A stretch of 64,000 nucleotides of DNA from a bacterium (GTDB taxonomy: Bacteria > UBA8248), in NCBI GenBank assembly GCA_963692865.2, contig OY843592.1, forward strand, positions 1,184,001 through 1,248,000, written 5' to 3'. The notes below the pieces were generated by a model. It saw only the letters and a program-made list of their open reading frames with translations, did not search any database and had not been told where the DNA came from. This document shows positions 55,196 through 64,000 of this stretch, in pieces. How positions within the stretch are numbered: the stretch's first letter is position 1; each line of letters opens with the position of its first letter. The translations under genes were made by a program, and so were the position numbers.

Positions 55196-56400
55196 GCGAG
55201 GAAAACCCGAACTGGCGTCCCGTCCTGGGGGCCGCCTGCTTCATCATCTTCGCCGTCTTCGGCTCGCTGGTCTCGACGAGCGGCCTCATCGGCTTCATCC
55301 GGGACGATCTGGACCTCTCCTTCGGCGCGGGCGGTTTTCTGCTCTCCGCGCCGTTTCCGCTGATAGCGTTTTTCGCGGTCGCGGGCGGCCGGCTGGTCGA
55401 CAGGCTGGGCGTTAAGAAGATGGTCCTGTGCGGTGTTTTCCTCACCCTGCTGGGAGGAGCCGTCCGCCTCTCGAGCGGAGGTTTCTGGCCGCTCGCTTCG
55501 GGAATCGCGCTCGTGGGCGCGGGCACGGGTCTGGTGTTTCCCGTCATGCCCAAGGTGGTGGGGACGATGGTTCCTCCCGAGCGCAACGCGTTCGGCTCCG
55601 CCGTCTACACGGCCTCCATCATCGCGGGCGCTGGCCTGGGCGTCGCGGCCTCGCACTATATGACGCCCGTCGCGGCGGTCTTGCCCGCCTCGTGGGGAGG
55701 GAGCGTCTGGCGCGGCGGCTATCTGGGCTGGGCGCTCGTCCTGGCCCTCGCGTTCGTCGTCTGGCGAAAGAATTCCGCCCCGGTCGCGGTGGATTTGGAA
55801 AGCGAATCCGCCTCGGCCGAAGGCGGCGCGGTGTACCGGCTCCTCGCCGTCTGGGGCGTCGGCGGCTCCTTGTTCGTCAACAACGTCGTCTTTTATACGA
55901 GTCTGGGCTGGCTGGCCACGGTTTTGATGACGAAGGGCTGGCCGCAGGCGAGCGCCGCGCTTATCGTTTCGAGTTTGCCTTTGCTCGGAATTTTTGCTTC
56001 CCTGAGCGCGCACAAAGTGGCGCCGGCCGTAGGCGGCGATCGGGTCATGATCGTTTTGTGCGGGGCGTTCACGGCCGCGGCGCTCGCCCTCATGCCGGCG
56101 GGAAACGCATGGGCCGCCGCGGCGGGAACCGCCGTTTTGGGTTTGACGACGAACTGCTGGTTCTTGTTCTGTCTGGCGTATCCCGCGCAATACGTGGAGA
56201 AGAGCCGGGTGGGCCAGGCGGGCGGCCTGATCATCGGCATGGGCTACCTGGGCGGTTTCGCCGGACCCTGGACGATTGGGGCGATGAGGGACTGGGCCGG
56301 CTCGTTCGGCCCGGGGTTTTACACCCTGGCGGTCGTCTCGCTCATCGGGATATCGTGCGCTCCGTTTTTCGGGCGATACGCCGAACAAGGCAGGGGGTAA
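55192..56400 (+). CDS. MFS transporter (CynX/NimT-like)
   Basis: About 12 hydrophobic segments, GRLVDRLG motif A and GYLGGFAGP; ATGA overlap with the amidohydrolase. Confidence 0.88.
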   Translation: MSEENPNWRPVLGAACFIIFAVFGSLVSTSGLIGFIRDDLDLSFGAGGFLLSAPFPLIAFFAVAGGRLVDRLGVKKMVLCGVFLTLLGGAVRLSSGGFWPLASGIALVGAGTGLVFPVMPKVVGTMVPPERNAFGSAVYTASIIAGAGLGVAASHYMTPVAAVLPASWGGSVWRGGYLGWALVLALAFVVWRKNSAPVAVDLESESASAEGGAVYRLLAVWGVGGSLFVNNVVFYTSLGWLATVLMTKGWPQASAALIVSSLPLLGIFASLSAHKVAPAVGGDRVMIVLCGAFTAAALALMPAGNAWAAAAGTAVLGLTTNCWFLFCLAYPAQYVEKSRVGQAGGLIIGMGYLGGFAGPWTIGAMRDWAGSFGPGFYTLAVVSLIGISCAPFFGRYAEQGRG

Positions 56401-56406
56401 GGTGTT

Positions 56407-57654
56407 TTGGATGTGAATTCACAGCGCTTGAAGCTGAGGCCCGTGGAGGCCGCTCCTGCGGAGCATCAGGGCCAGAGGATGTTGAGGCTCAGCGACCCGC
56501 TTCGCCTCAGCGAGGCGGTTCTTCTCGTTCCCATGGCGCTGGTTCCCGTGCTGAGCCTGCTCGACGGGCGCCACACCTTTGAAGACATCCGGCAGCAGTG
56601 CAGATCCCGCCACGGGATGGACGTTGCGGAAGAAAGCTACCGGGAGATGGCCTCCCGGCTCGAGGAGGCGCATTTCCTCGAAGGGGACGGCTTCGCCTCC
56701 TGGAGCGCGTCGCTCAGGGACGCCTACTTGAGCGAGCCGGTGCGCCCGGCTTTTCTGGCGGGCAAGAGCTACGACGCGGACCCGGCGCTCTTGCGCTCCC
56801 GCATCGATGGTTTTTTCACGGGTGATGAAGGGCCGGGGATGCCCGTGAAGGATTCCCCGGCTCCGGCGAAGCCGCTTCGGGGCGTGGTGGCCCCGCACAT
56901 CGATTTCCATCGCGGCGGCCCCGCCTTCGCGTGGGCGTACAAGTCAATCGCGGAACGGGCCGACGCCGATTTGTTCGTCGTTCTGGGAACGGTCCACGCA
57001 CCGACGAAGCGCGTCTATAACCTCACGGGCAAATCTTTCGAGACGCCGTTCGGAGTTTTGGAGGTGAGCACAGGATTCGTGGAGGATCTCTCGGGCCGGC
57101 TGGATGTGAACTCCTTCGAGGACGAGTTCGCGCATCGCGGCGAGCACTCCGTCGAGTTCCAGGCCGTTTTTCTGCAATATCTCTTTGCGGACGCTCAGCC
57201 GGTCCGGTTCGTCCCCGTCCTGGTGGGTTCGTTCCACCCGTTCGTCGCGGAGGGACGATCTCCAAAGGGCGACGCGCAGGTGGAGGCTTTCATAACCGCG
57301 CTGAGAGAAGCGATGGCGGCGCATAATCAAAACGGGGGAAAGGTCTGCCTCATCGCGAGCGTGGATTTCGCCCACGTCGGCCCCCGGTTCGGCGATCGGG
57401 ACCCCGTGGACGATGCGCGGCTGAAAGCGCTTGCCGAAGCGGACGGGAAATCCCTGGAGGCGGTGCGCCGGGGAGACGCGGAGGCGTTTTACTGGAGCGT
57501 GGCGGAGGACGGGGACGCGAGAAACGTGTGCGGCCTCGCGCCCGTCTACACCATGCTGCGCGTTCTGGATGGATGCGAGGGGGAGGTGCTCCGCTATTCC
57601 CAATGGCCGGACCCGGACGGGACGGTCACTTTTTCGAGCGTCGCTTTGACTTGA
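56407..57654 (+). CDS. MEMO1-family protein (AmmeMemoRadiSam protein B) with N-terminal extension
   Basis: VRPAFLAGKSY, VAPHID, ETPFG, EHSVEFQ, IASVDFAHVG and NVCG motifs. Confidence 0.88.
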   Translation: MDVNSQRLKLRPVEAAPAEHQGQRMLRLSDPLRLSEAVLLVPMALVPVLSLLDGRHTFEDIRQQCRSRHGMDVAEESYREMASRLEEAHFLEGDGFASWSASLRDAYLSEPVRPAFLAGKSYDADPALLRSRIDGFFTGDEGPGMPVKDSPAPAKPLRGVVAPHIDFHRGGPAFAWAYKSIAERADADLFVVLGTVHAPTKRVYNLTGKSFETPFGVLEVSTGFVEDLSGRLDVNSFEDEFAHRGEHSVEFQAVFLQYLFADAQPVRFVPVLVGSFHPFVAEGRSPKGDAQVEAFITALREAMAAHNQNGGKVCLIASVDFAHVGPRFGDRDPVDDARLKALAEADGKSLEAVRRGDAEAFYWSVAEDGDARNVCGLAPVYTMLRVLDGCEGEVLRYSQWPDPDGTVTFSSVALT

Positions 57655-57701
57655 AATGTCCTGGTTTCCATAAATCCTGAATCACAGAGGAGAGAGGATC
57701 G

Positions 57702-58691
57702 TTGCTTTACTTGAATGAATCCGACGTAAAGAGTCTCGTGAACATGTCAGACGTCATGGACGTGGTGGAGAAATGCTTCAAGGCCCAGGGGGAGGGGCGC
57801 GCGCCGAACCAGCCGAGGCGGCGGGTATTCGTCCCCAAGGGCGCGATGCACGTTATGTTCGGCGGTATGGTGGATGAGAACGAGGGCTATCTGGGTCTCA
57901 AGGCATACACCACGTTTCCGGGAATCGGCGTGCGGTTCATCTTCCTGTTGTGGGACGCGAACACGTCCGAGATGCTCTCGCTCATGGAGGCGAACGTGCA
58001 GGGGCAGATGCGCACGGGGGCGGCGAGCGGCGTGGCCGCGAAATACATGGCGCGGGAAGACGCTTCGGTGGCCGGGTTGATCGGCACGGGATGGCAGGCG
58101 AGGTCGCAGCTCGAAGCCCTCTGCTGCGCGCGCGACCTCAAGACGGTGAAGGTGCACAGCCGCCGCGCCGAGAAGCGGGAAAAATTCGTCGCCGCGATGC
58201 GGGACAGGGTGAGCGCCGAACTCGTCCCGGTGGAATCGGCGAGCGAGGCGGTGAGGGGCTCGCAGATCGTGTGCGCCATCACCACGGCGCGCGAACCGGT
58301 GTTCGACGGCAACGATCTGGAGCCGGGCGCGACGGTCATCGCGGCGGGTTCGAACCGCATCACGAACCGCGAGGTGGACGACGAGACTTTCCGCCGCGCG
58401 GCGAGGGGCAGAATCGTGACGGACAACCTCGAGGGCGCCGAATTCGAGAGCGGCGACCTGGTCGGCGCAATACGGGCGAACGTCATCCAGTGGGGCCAGG
58501 TGTCCGAGATCGGGCTGATAGCGGCGGGCATGATGCCCGGGCGCGCCTCCGATGAGGAGATCAACCTCTTCCTGAGCCAGGGCGTCGCGATTGAGGACGT
58601 GGCCCTGGGCGCGGAACTCTACCGGCGCGCGAAGGCGCAGGGCGTGGGCGCGGAACTCCCCGTGGAGGGGTTTTTCAAGAGGGCGACGTAG
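57702..58691 (+). CDS. Ornithine cyclodeaminase / mu-crystallin family protein
   Basis: RTGAASGVA, IGTGWQA, AAGSN, RE and SQGVAIED motifs. Confidence 0.9.
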   Translation: MLYLNESDVKSLVNMSDVMDVVEKCFKAQGEGRAPNQPRRRVFVPKGAMHVMFGGMVDENEGYLGLKAYTTFPGIGVRFIFLLWDANTSEMLSLMEANVQGQMRTGAASGVAAKYMAREDASVAGLIGTGWQARSQLEALCCARDLKTVKVHSRRAEKREKFVAAMRDRVSAELVPVESASEAVRGSQIVCAITTAREPVFDGNDLEPGATVIAAGSNRITNREVDDETFRRAARGRIVTDNLEGAEFESGDLVGAIRANVIQWGQVSEIGLIAAGMMPGRASDEEINLFLSQGVAIEDVALGAELYRRAKAQGVGAELPVEGFFKRAT

Positions 58692-58715
58692 GCTCTCTGG
58701 CGCACTGCCCTGATT

Positions 58716-59156
58716 GGGGCTGTTGAAAAAGTCCTTGCAGGTTAGTCGGGATCCCACCGTAGGGGCCGCATACCATGCGGCCCTGCCTTTTCGCCTTCAC
58801 AATACGGGTCGCATGATATGCGACCCCTACGGGTTCATTACGATTTGCGGGGTTTTGTAGAGGCAGGCGCTCCTGCGCCTGTCCGAGGCCTCCGTGTCTG
58901 TTCTGTATCGGACCGACGGGCGGACACACAGGTCCGCCCCTACGGGCGAATCCATCTCGCATCCATCGTAACGGAACCACACCGCCGTCATTCCGGCGCA
59001 TGCCGGAATCCAGGGGTTTTGTTTTTCACCTTGCGCCCGACGAATGCAAAGGAAGAAAATGCCGCCTTGTGAGCACGCTCACCGGCTCTGGATTCCGGCT
59101 TTCGCCGAAATGACGGCGGTGGTCAATCCGGGCAAAGAGGGGTTTTCAACAACCCC
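58716..59156. mobile_element. MITE carrying two REP doublets and a family-E repeat pair
   Basis: TIRs GGGGCTGTTGAAAA / TTTTCAACAACCCC; REP doublets at 58759-58830 and 58857-58943; GTCATTCCGGC...GCCGGAATCCA pair at 58985-59116; no TSD. Confidence 0.7.
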
Positions 59157-60037
59157 TAACCGCTGAGCCCGGCGGTTTTGTCAAAGAACTCGCGCACGGC
59201 GTTCTGGTCCACCTGGCCGAAGCCCATGGCGGAGGCGGCGATGAAGACCTGCCTCGCAAGCGCTGCGAACGGCGTCGGCGTCGTCGCGGCCTCGGCCATC
59301 TCGGAGATGAGCCGCAGGTCCTTGCGCATCAGGTCGACCCTGAAAAACGGCGTGTAGTCCCTGCTCGCCAGGGCGGCGCCCTTGATGGCCAGAATTTTCG
59401 GGATCGAGGCGCTTTTCAGGTAATCCATCATCTCGACGGGGTCGAGGCCCGAGCGTTCCCCAAGGGTGAGTCCTTCCGATACCACGGAGAGAAACACCGA
59501 GACGATCTGGTTGGCCACGAGCTTCATGTGCAGACCCGCGCCGTTCGGCCCGAAATGGTTGATGGACTCGGAGACGGCCTCCAGAACGTCGCGGTGCGCG
59601 TTCAGCGCCGCCTCGTCGCCTCCGACCATCACGTTGAGTTCCGCGCTGATGGCGCTGGGCTCGCTGCCGCTCACGGGCGTATCGAGGAAAATCGCGCCTT
59701 TTTCCGCCGCTTCCTTCGCGATGGCCTGGCTGCCGACCGGGGAGATGGTGGAGAAATCGAAACAGACGACGCCATCCTTGGATGCGAGCAGCGCGCCTTT
59801 TTCGCCCAGGTAGGTCTCGTGGACGTCCCCGGTTTCGGGCACGGACGAGCAGATGACTTCGGCCTCCGAAGCCGCCTCGGCGGGGGAGTCGAAGGTTTTC
59901 GCTCCCGCCTCCTCCGCCCGGGCGCGGGCCTCGGGCGCCGGGTCGTATCCGTGAACCACGAAACCCGCCTTGAGAAGATTGTTGGTCATGGCTCCGCCCA
60001 TGGTGCCGAGCCCCAGGTACGCGACGATTTTAGGCAC
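59156..60037 (-). CDS. Beta-hydroxyacid dehydrogenase family oxidoreductase (third paralogue)
   Basis: YLGLGTMG, LDTPVSG, MVGG, MKLVAN and MRKDL motifs; GTG start. Confidence 0.9.
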   Translation of the reverse strand: MPKIVAYLGLGTMGGAMTNNLLKAGFVVHGYDPAPEARARAEEAGAKTFDSPAEAASEAEVICSSVPETGDVHETYLGEKGALLASKDGVVCFDFSTISPVGSQAIAKEAAEKGAIFLDTPVSGSEPSAISAELNVMVGGDEAALNAHRDVLEAVSESINHFGPNGAGLHMKLVANQIVSVFLSVVSEGLTLGERSGLDPVEMMDYLKSASIPKILAIKGAALASRDYTPFFRVDLMRKDLRLISEMAEAATTPTPFAALARQVFIAASAMGFGQVDQNAVREFFDKTAGLSG

Positions 60038-60270
60038 TGTGCTCTCTCCTTCGGTGTCTGGATTTCCGGATGCGCGCGCCTGGTCGAAATACGATTCGGC
60101 GCCGTCCGCTTCTCGATGGTTTCGAAGGCGTGATTCTAGCGCATAAGAGATAAATGAAATACCTCCCGCGCCGCTTGCCTTTTTTCGCGGGCTTGGCTAT
60201 GGTTTCGCTTCTTTGGGCGCCCGGAAGGGCGGAGGCGCCCCGAGGCGTTGATTTTCGTTGAGGTTTCCAG

Positions 60271-60420
60271 ATGCGCGAGAACATTCAACTCGAATGCACG
60301 ACCTGCAAGAAGATGCGCTACACCAGCACCAAGAACAAGCGCAACACGCCGGATCGGCTCGAATTCAGGAAGTACTGCAAATTCTGCCGGAGCCACCAGC
60401 CGTTTCGGGAGACCAAATAG
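60271..60420 (+). CDS. rpmG: 50S ribosomal protein L33 (zinc-ribbon C+ form)
   Basis: Manual translation [49 protein letters not shown]; below the ORF-track size limit. Confidence 0.95.
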   Translation: MRENIQLECTTCKKMRYTSTKNKRNTPDRLEFRKYCKFCRSHQPFRETK

Positions 60421-60681
60421 ATGAAGACCCACAAGAATACCGTGGCGCGCAAGCGTTGCGCGGTCACAGGCAAGAGCGTCATGTACGGCAACAACGTCTC
60501 GCACTCGCACAAGAAGACGAGGCGGCGCTTCGAGGCGAACCTCCACGTCAAACGCTTCTATCTGCCGGAAGAAAAGCGCTGGGTGAAGCTGCGCGTGTCG
60601 GCGAAGGGCCTCAAGATCATCGCCAAGCGCGGCGTCTCGAAGGTGATGGCCGACATCAGGAAGCGCGAGCGCGCCCTCTAG
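60421..60681 (+). CDS. rpmB: 50S ribosomal protein L28
   Basis: RCAVTGK...GNNVSHSHKKTRRRFEANL...VKLRVSAKGL; alternative GTG start at 60442. Confidence 0.95.
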   Translation: MKTHKNTVARKRCAVTGKSVMYGNNVSHSHKKTRRRFEANLHVKRFYLPEEKRWVKLRVSAKGLKIIAKRGVSKVMADIRKRERAL

Positions 60682-60717
60682 CAAACCCTGTTTCCGGATA
60701 CCTGCAGGTTTTCCCCG

Positions 60718-60765
60718 GCTCCGCCGGCGGGCGTTTTCTGCGTCTGCGGGGCGGAGCGGTTTTTG
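60718..60765 (+). terminator. Possible intrinsic terminator after rpmB
   Basis: GCTCCGCC...GGCGGAGC stem followed by GGTTTTT. Confidence 0.4.
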
Positions 60766-60843
60766 TGGGTGGCGGCTCCTCCCTCTTCGGTCGGAACCGG
60801 CTCCTCGGGAGCGCCACCGACAATACCATTCTGAATGGCGCCC

Positions 60844-61270
60844 GTAGGGGCCGCATAGTATGCGGCCCTCTACGTTTGATATGCGGGCCGCATGATATGT
60901 GTGGGACGACCCCGAAGAGGGGCTGCCACTACAAGAGGCAGTGCGGTTTTGTTCGTCATTCCGGCGAAAGCCGGAATCCATTTTCATCCACCGATAGAAC
61001 CGGCCACGCACCGTCATTCCCTCCGCGCGGATACCGCATTCAGGCGTTGCGCGGCAACGCAGTCGTAGCCGCTCCGCCCGGTGAAAAGTCAAAATGGATT
61101 CCGGCTTTCGCCGGAATGACGGCGGCTTTCCCGCATCGAGGGACTTTTTCAACAACCCCCATACATAAAGGGGGTTCCGTAGAGGCCGCATATCATGCGG
61201 CCCTGATTTTCGCCTCCGCAAGGCGGGTCGCATAATATGTGTGGGACAACCCCGATGAGGGGTTGTCACC
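60844..61270. repeat. Repeat mosaic: REP clusters, family-E inverted pair and a solo MITE right end
   Basis: GTAG REPs at 60844 and 61179; GTCATTCCGGCGAAAGCCGGAATCCATTTT (60955) with its inverse at 61092-61120; TTTTTCAACAACCCC at 61145-61159. Confidence 0.8.
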
Positions 61271-61305
61271 TCCAAACACCGGCCCCTCTCCGCCCGGAAC
61301 CGGCC

Positions 61306-62223
61306 CTACTTCAAGCGCCCGTAGACCGCGTTGTTTCGGAGGAATACGTTTTTCCCGGCGAAGTCGCGCGGCGTCTTGCCGTCCTCGTCGCTCGCCCCGG
61401 GGTTCGCGCCCGCGTCGATCAGGGCGTCGACGACGGCGGGCGTCTTGCAGAGCCAGGCCGCCAGGTGGAGCGGCGTCCAGCCGCCTCGCGCGTCGCGCGC
61501 GTGCAGTTCCGCTCCCGCTTCGAGCAGCACGCCCACGATGGTGGGCGAATCGCCCTGCGCCGCGAAGTGCAGGGCCGTGCGTCCGTATTTGTCGCTGATG
61601 TCGAGTTCCGCCCCGGCGGCGAGCAGCGCCTCCGTTTTTTCGGGCGTCGAGGCGTTCCGCGCCGCCGCGTGCAGGGGGGGAGCGCCGTTCCCGTCGCGGG
61701 CGTTCACGTTTGCGCCCGCCTCCGCCAGGGTTTTCACGACGCCCGGGATTTCGTTGAACGCCGCCGCGAGGTGCAGGGGCGCGCGCTGCTGTTCGTCGCG
61801 CGCGTCGACCGCCGCTCCGCCGCCGATCAGCGCCTCCACGACGGCGGGCCTCTCCCCCTGCGCCGCGAGGTGCAGAGGCGTGCGTCCGTACTTGTCCGTG
61901 GCGCCGGGGTCCGCGCCCGCGTCGAGAAGCTCCCGCACGGTTTCCGGCGCCGGAGCGTGCCGCGACGTCGCGTGCAGGGGCGTTGCGCCAGCGTCGTCCG
62001 GGGCGTTCACGTCCGCGCCCGCCCCCGCCAGGGCGGCCACGATGCCGGGCGTCTCGTTGAACGCCGCCGCGATGTGCATGGCCGTGCGGCCTTTCGCGTC
62101 GCGCGCGTTCGCGTCCGCGCCCCCGGCGAGCAGGGATTCCACTTCAGCCGCCGTCTCGGCGATGAGCGCCGCGCGGTGCAGGGGATTGACGCCCCCCTCG
62201 TCTGCCGGGTCCTTCACTTCCAT
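61306..62223 (-). CDS. Ankyrin repeat protein (8 full repeats plus a cap)
   Basis: Repeated G.TPLH.AA...LL.AGAD.NA.D consensus; GGAG RBS before ATG 62223. Confidence 0.93.
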   Translation of the reverse strand: MEVKDPADEGGVNPLHRAALIAETAAEVESLLAGGADANARDAKGRTAMHIAAAFNETPGIVAALAGAGADVNAPDDAGATPLHATSRHAPAPETVRELLDAGADPGATDKYGRTPLHLAAQGERPAVVEALIGGGAAVDARDEQQRAPLHLAAAFNEIPGVVKTLAEAGANVNARDGNGAPPLHAAARNASTPEKTEALLAAGAELDISDKYGRTALHFAAQGDSPTIVGVLLEAGAELHARDARGGWTPLHLAAWLCKTPAVVDALIDAGANPGASDEDGKTPRDFAGKNVFLRNNAVYGRLK

Positions 62224-62317
62224 CCTCATACTCCGGTGAAGCGCGCGCTTGTAATCATCCGTTCCGTGGAGGGATCGCATCCGGGGCCGTTTCCCCCTCC
62301 GCAAACGCGAGGGGCGC

Positions 62318-62914
62318 GTAGGGGTCGCATATCATGCGACCCGGCTTTTTTCGCCGCCCGGACGCGGGCCGCATGATATGTCGGACATATATGTCTGATC
62401 TGCAATCTCGTCGGCTTAAAAACCAACCCCCTACCCCCCTTGTCAGGGGTCAATTTCGAGCGATGAGCGAGAAATTGCGAACCGATGCGTTTCTCATCGA
62501 TGGCTTATGCAAACGCTCGTTCCTCACTCGCGTTTGACGCCTGACAAGGGGGGTAGGGGGGGTGCTTTTCCAGTCGAGAAGAGCGTCCCCTCCACCCCCT
62601 GAAAAAACCTGTTCCCGGGGTCGGGCGGACACACGGGTCCGCCCCTACAAAGCCCCGCACGTCGTTGTGGTCGTGAGCCTTATGTAGGTCGGACATATAT
62701 GTCCGACCTACCATGCGACCCGGCCTTTTCGCTCTCCGGCAACGGGCCGCATAATATGCGGCCCCTACCATCGAAACAACAAAATGGCGACCGTAGGGGC
62801 GGGCCCCTGTGCCCGCCCGTCGGTCATATTCATCCCGATACAGGACAGGCACGGAGGCCTGTCCCTACAGCGAACGATCTCGAAGGCGTGCCGGGGGACT
62901 TTCTCAACAACCCC
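62318..62914. repeat. Repeat mosaic: REP doublets, family-C inverted pair and a solo MITE right end
   Basis: REPs at 62318, 62623, 62684-62768 and 62793-62868; ACCCCCTACCCCCCTTGTCAGG / CCTGACAAGGGGGGTAGGGGGG; TTTCTCAACAACCCC at 62900-62914. Confidence 0.8.
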
Positions 62915-62941
62915 GAACAGGAAGGGTTCGCGCCGTTCTCC

Positions 62942-63718
62942 TTATTCCTCCTCCAGCATCTCCTTGTACTTCTCGTACGAGGGCGGAAACCCGCCCGAGT
63001 AGTTCAGCCAGTTCGTCACGGGATAGCGCGCCGCCCCCGCTTTATGAGTCGCTTCGAGACCCTCGAGGATCTCCCCTATCGCCGAGAAGGGAAACGAAAA
63101 CGCCATCTCGTGGTCCTGCACCTGCCCGAAAATCCTGTCCCCCGTGCAGGGCACGACCATCTGCGGCTCCCCCGTCGTGTGGGGGGCGATGGCCAGATCC
63201 GCGCAGTCGATTCTGCCGCGAAACGCGCTGTCGAGCGTCCCGCCGCGTTTCCAGAGCCACGCCTGCCCCAGCCGCATGATCTGCGCCCCGTTCCCGTAGA
63301 CGACGATCGAATCGGGCGTGAACGCCGCGCGGTGGAGCGGCGCGACGAGCACGCCCACGTATTTCCCCTCGGGAAGCCGGGGCACGCTCTCCTCGCTCAG
63401 GCGGCCGGCTTCGAGGTTCTCCGTATAGAGGTCGATGCACAGGTTGCCCTCGGTGTAGTGGGGCAGGCGCTTTTCGAGACCCAGCGCCATCGCGCCCAGC
63501 ACGCAGCTGCTGTCCTCGCGGCCCAGGGCGAGCGCCCACCCGTAGCGCCGCGCCATGGAGATCGCCTGGCAGGTCGTGAACTGATTCCCCAGGTGCTCCT
63601 TGGGACGCTTCGTCCTCGGGGGAACCTCCTCCCAGGATTCCAGGAACTTCACCGCCACGGGAAACGAGGCGAGGCGCAGGTATTGGTTCAGCTTCTTCTC
63701 GTATTCGGAATTGTCCAT
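62942..63718 (-). CDS. DUF169 family protein
   Basis: PVAVKF, CQAISMARRYG, SSCVLG, PDSIVVYGNGAQIMRL, CAD and PCTGDR motifs. Confidence 0.85.
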   Translation of the reverse strand: MDNSEYEKKLNQYLRLASFPVAVKFLESWEEVPPRTKRPKEHLGNQFTTCQAISMARRYGWALALGREDSSCVLGAMALGLEKRLPHYTEGNLCIDLYTENLEAGRLSEESVPRLPEGKYVGVLVAPLHRAAFTPDSIVVYGNGAQIMRLGQAWLWKRGGTLDSAFRGRIDCADLAIAPHTTGEPQMVVPCTGDRIFGQVQDHEMAFSFPFSAIGEILEGLEATHKAGAARYPVTNWLNYSGGFPPSYEKYKEMLEEE

Positions 63719-63909
63719 GCGGTTCCCCCGTTTCGCGTCGGGCGCGGTTCGTCTCGCCGCCGCCGGTTTGCTCCGCGCATGCGGCCATCATACCATCAAC
63801 GCGCGAGGCGGGCACGAAATAAAAAGACGCGCGCCGTGCGCCGCGTCCGTTTTTTCAGCTCTCCGTCCTTGCGGAGGTCGATAAAAAACCCTCCCAAAGA
63901 GCGCGCCGG

Positions 63910-64000
63910 ATTTCACTCCCCCTTGGGGGCTGTTGAAAAAGTTTTTCTCGCTCGGATTGACCACCGCCGTCATTCCGGCGAAAGCCGGAATCCATTTTCG
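63910..64000. mobile_element. Left end of a MITE inserted in a family-A arm, running off the window
   Basis: TTTCACTCCCCCTTG then GGGGCTGTTGAAAAAG...CGGATTGACCACCGCCGTCATT, a subterminal block shared with 2518-2567 and, inverted, 59110-59156. Confidence 0.7.

Overview
A GC-rich bacterial chromosome segment with about 50 protein-coding genes and one tRNA-Sec. Ankyrin repeats, stacked defence genes, an F420/PPOX enzyme and many redox/catabolic paralogues suggest a host-associated marine lineage such as a sponge symbiont, but this is inference only. Main blocks: (i) two divergent NDP-sugar epimerases around a 1-kb repeat mosaic; (ii) an AT-richer HD-domain dNTPase-like + YwgA/Panacea-like gene pair; (iii) malQ and a ten-gene catabolic/peptide-ABC operon (8.7-19.6 kb) divergent from a GntR-UTRA regulator operon; (iv) selC; (v) a 25-34 kb defence island (ABC-ATPase + frameshifted DUF4276, RloA/RloB AbiL-like pair, DUF4062 TIR-like protein, Type IIG-like nuclease-methylase); (vi) metabolic genes, an AAA+/DUF4143 gene preceded by three 41-bp palindromes, AddAB-type helicase-nuclease, rpmG-rpmB, an ankyrin protein and a DUF169 protein. 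The most striking non-coding signal is a set of at least five palindromic repeat families plus a MITE family with ~15-bp terminal inverted repeats GGGG(C/T)TGTTGAAAAA. Three MITE copies show perfect 5-bp target duplications inside the hairpin loops of the other repeats and carry further repeats as cargo, giving nested elements. No transposase, integrase or CRISPR array is visible. Family assignments come from motif recognition by eye, without database searches.
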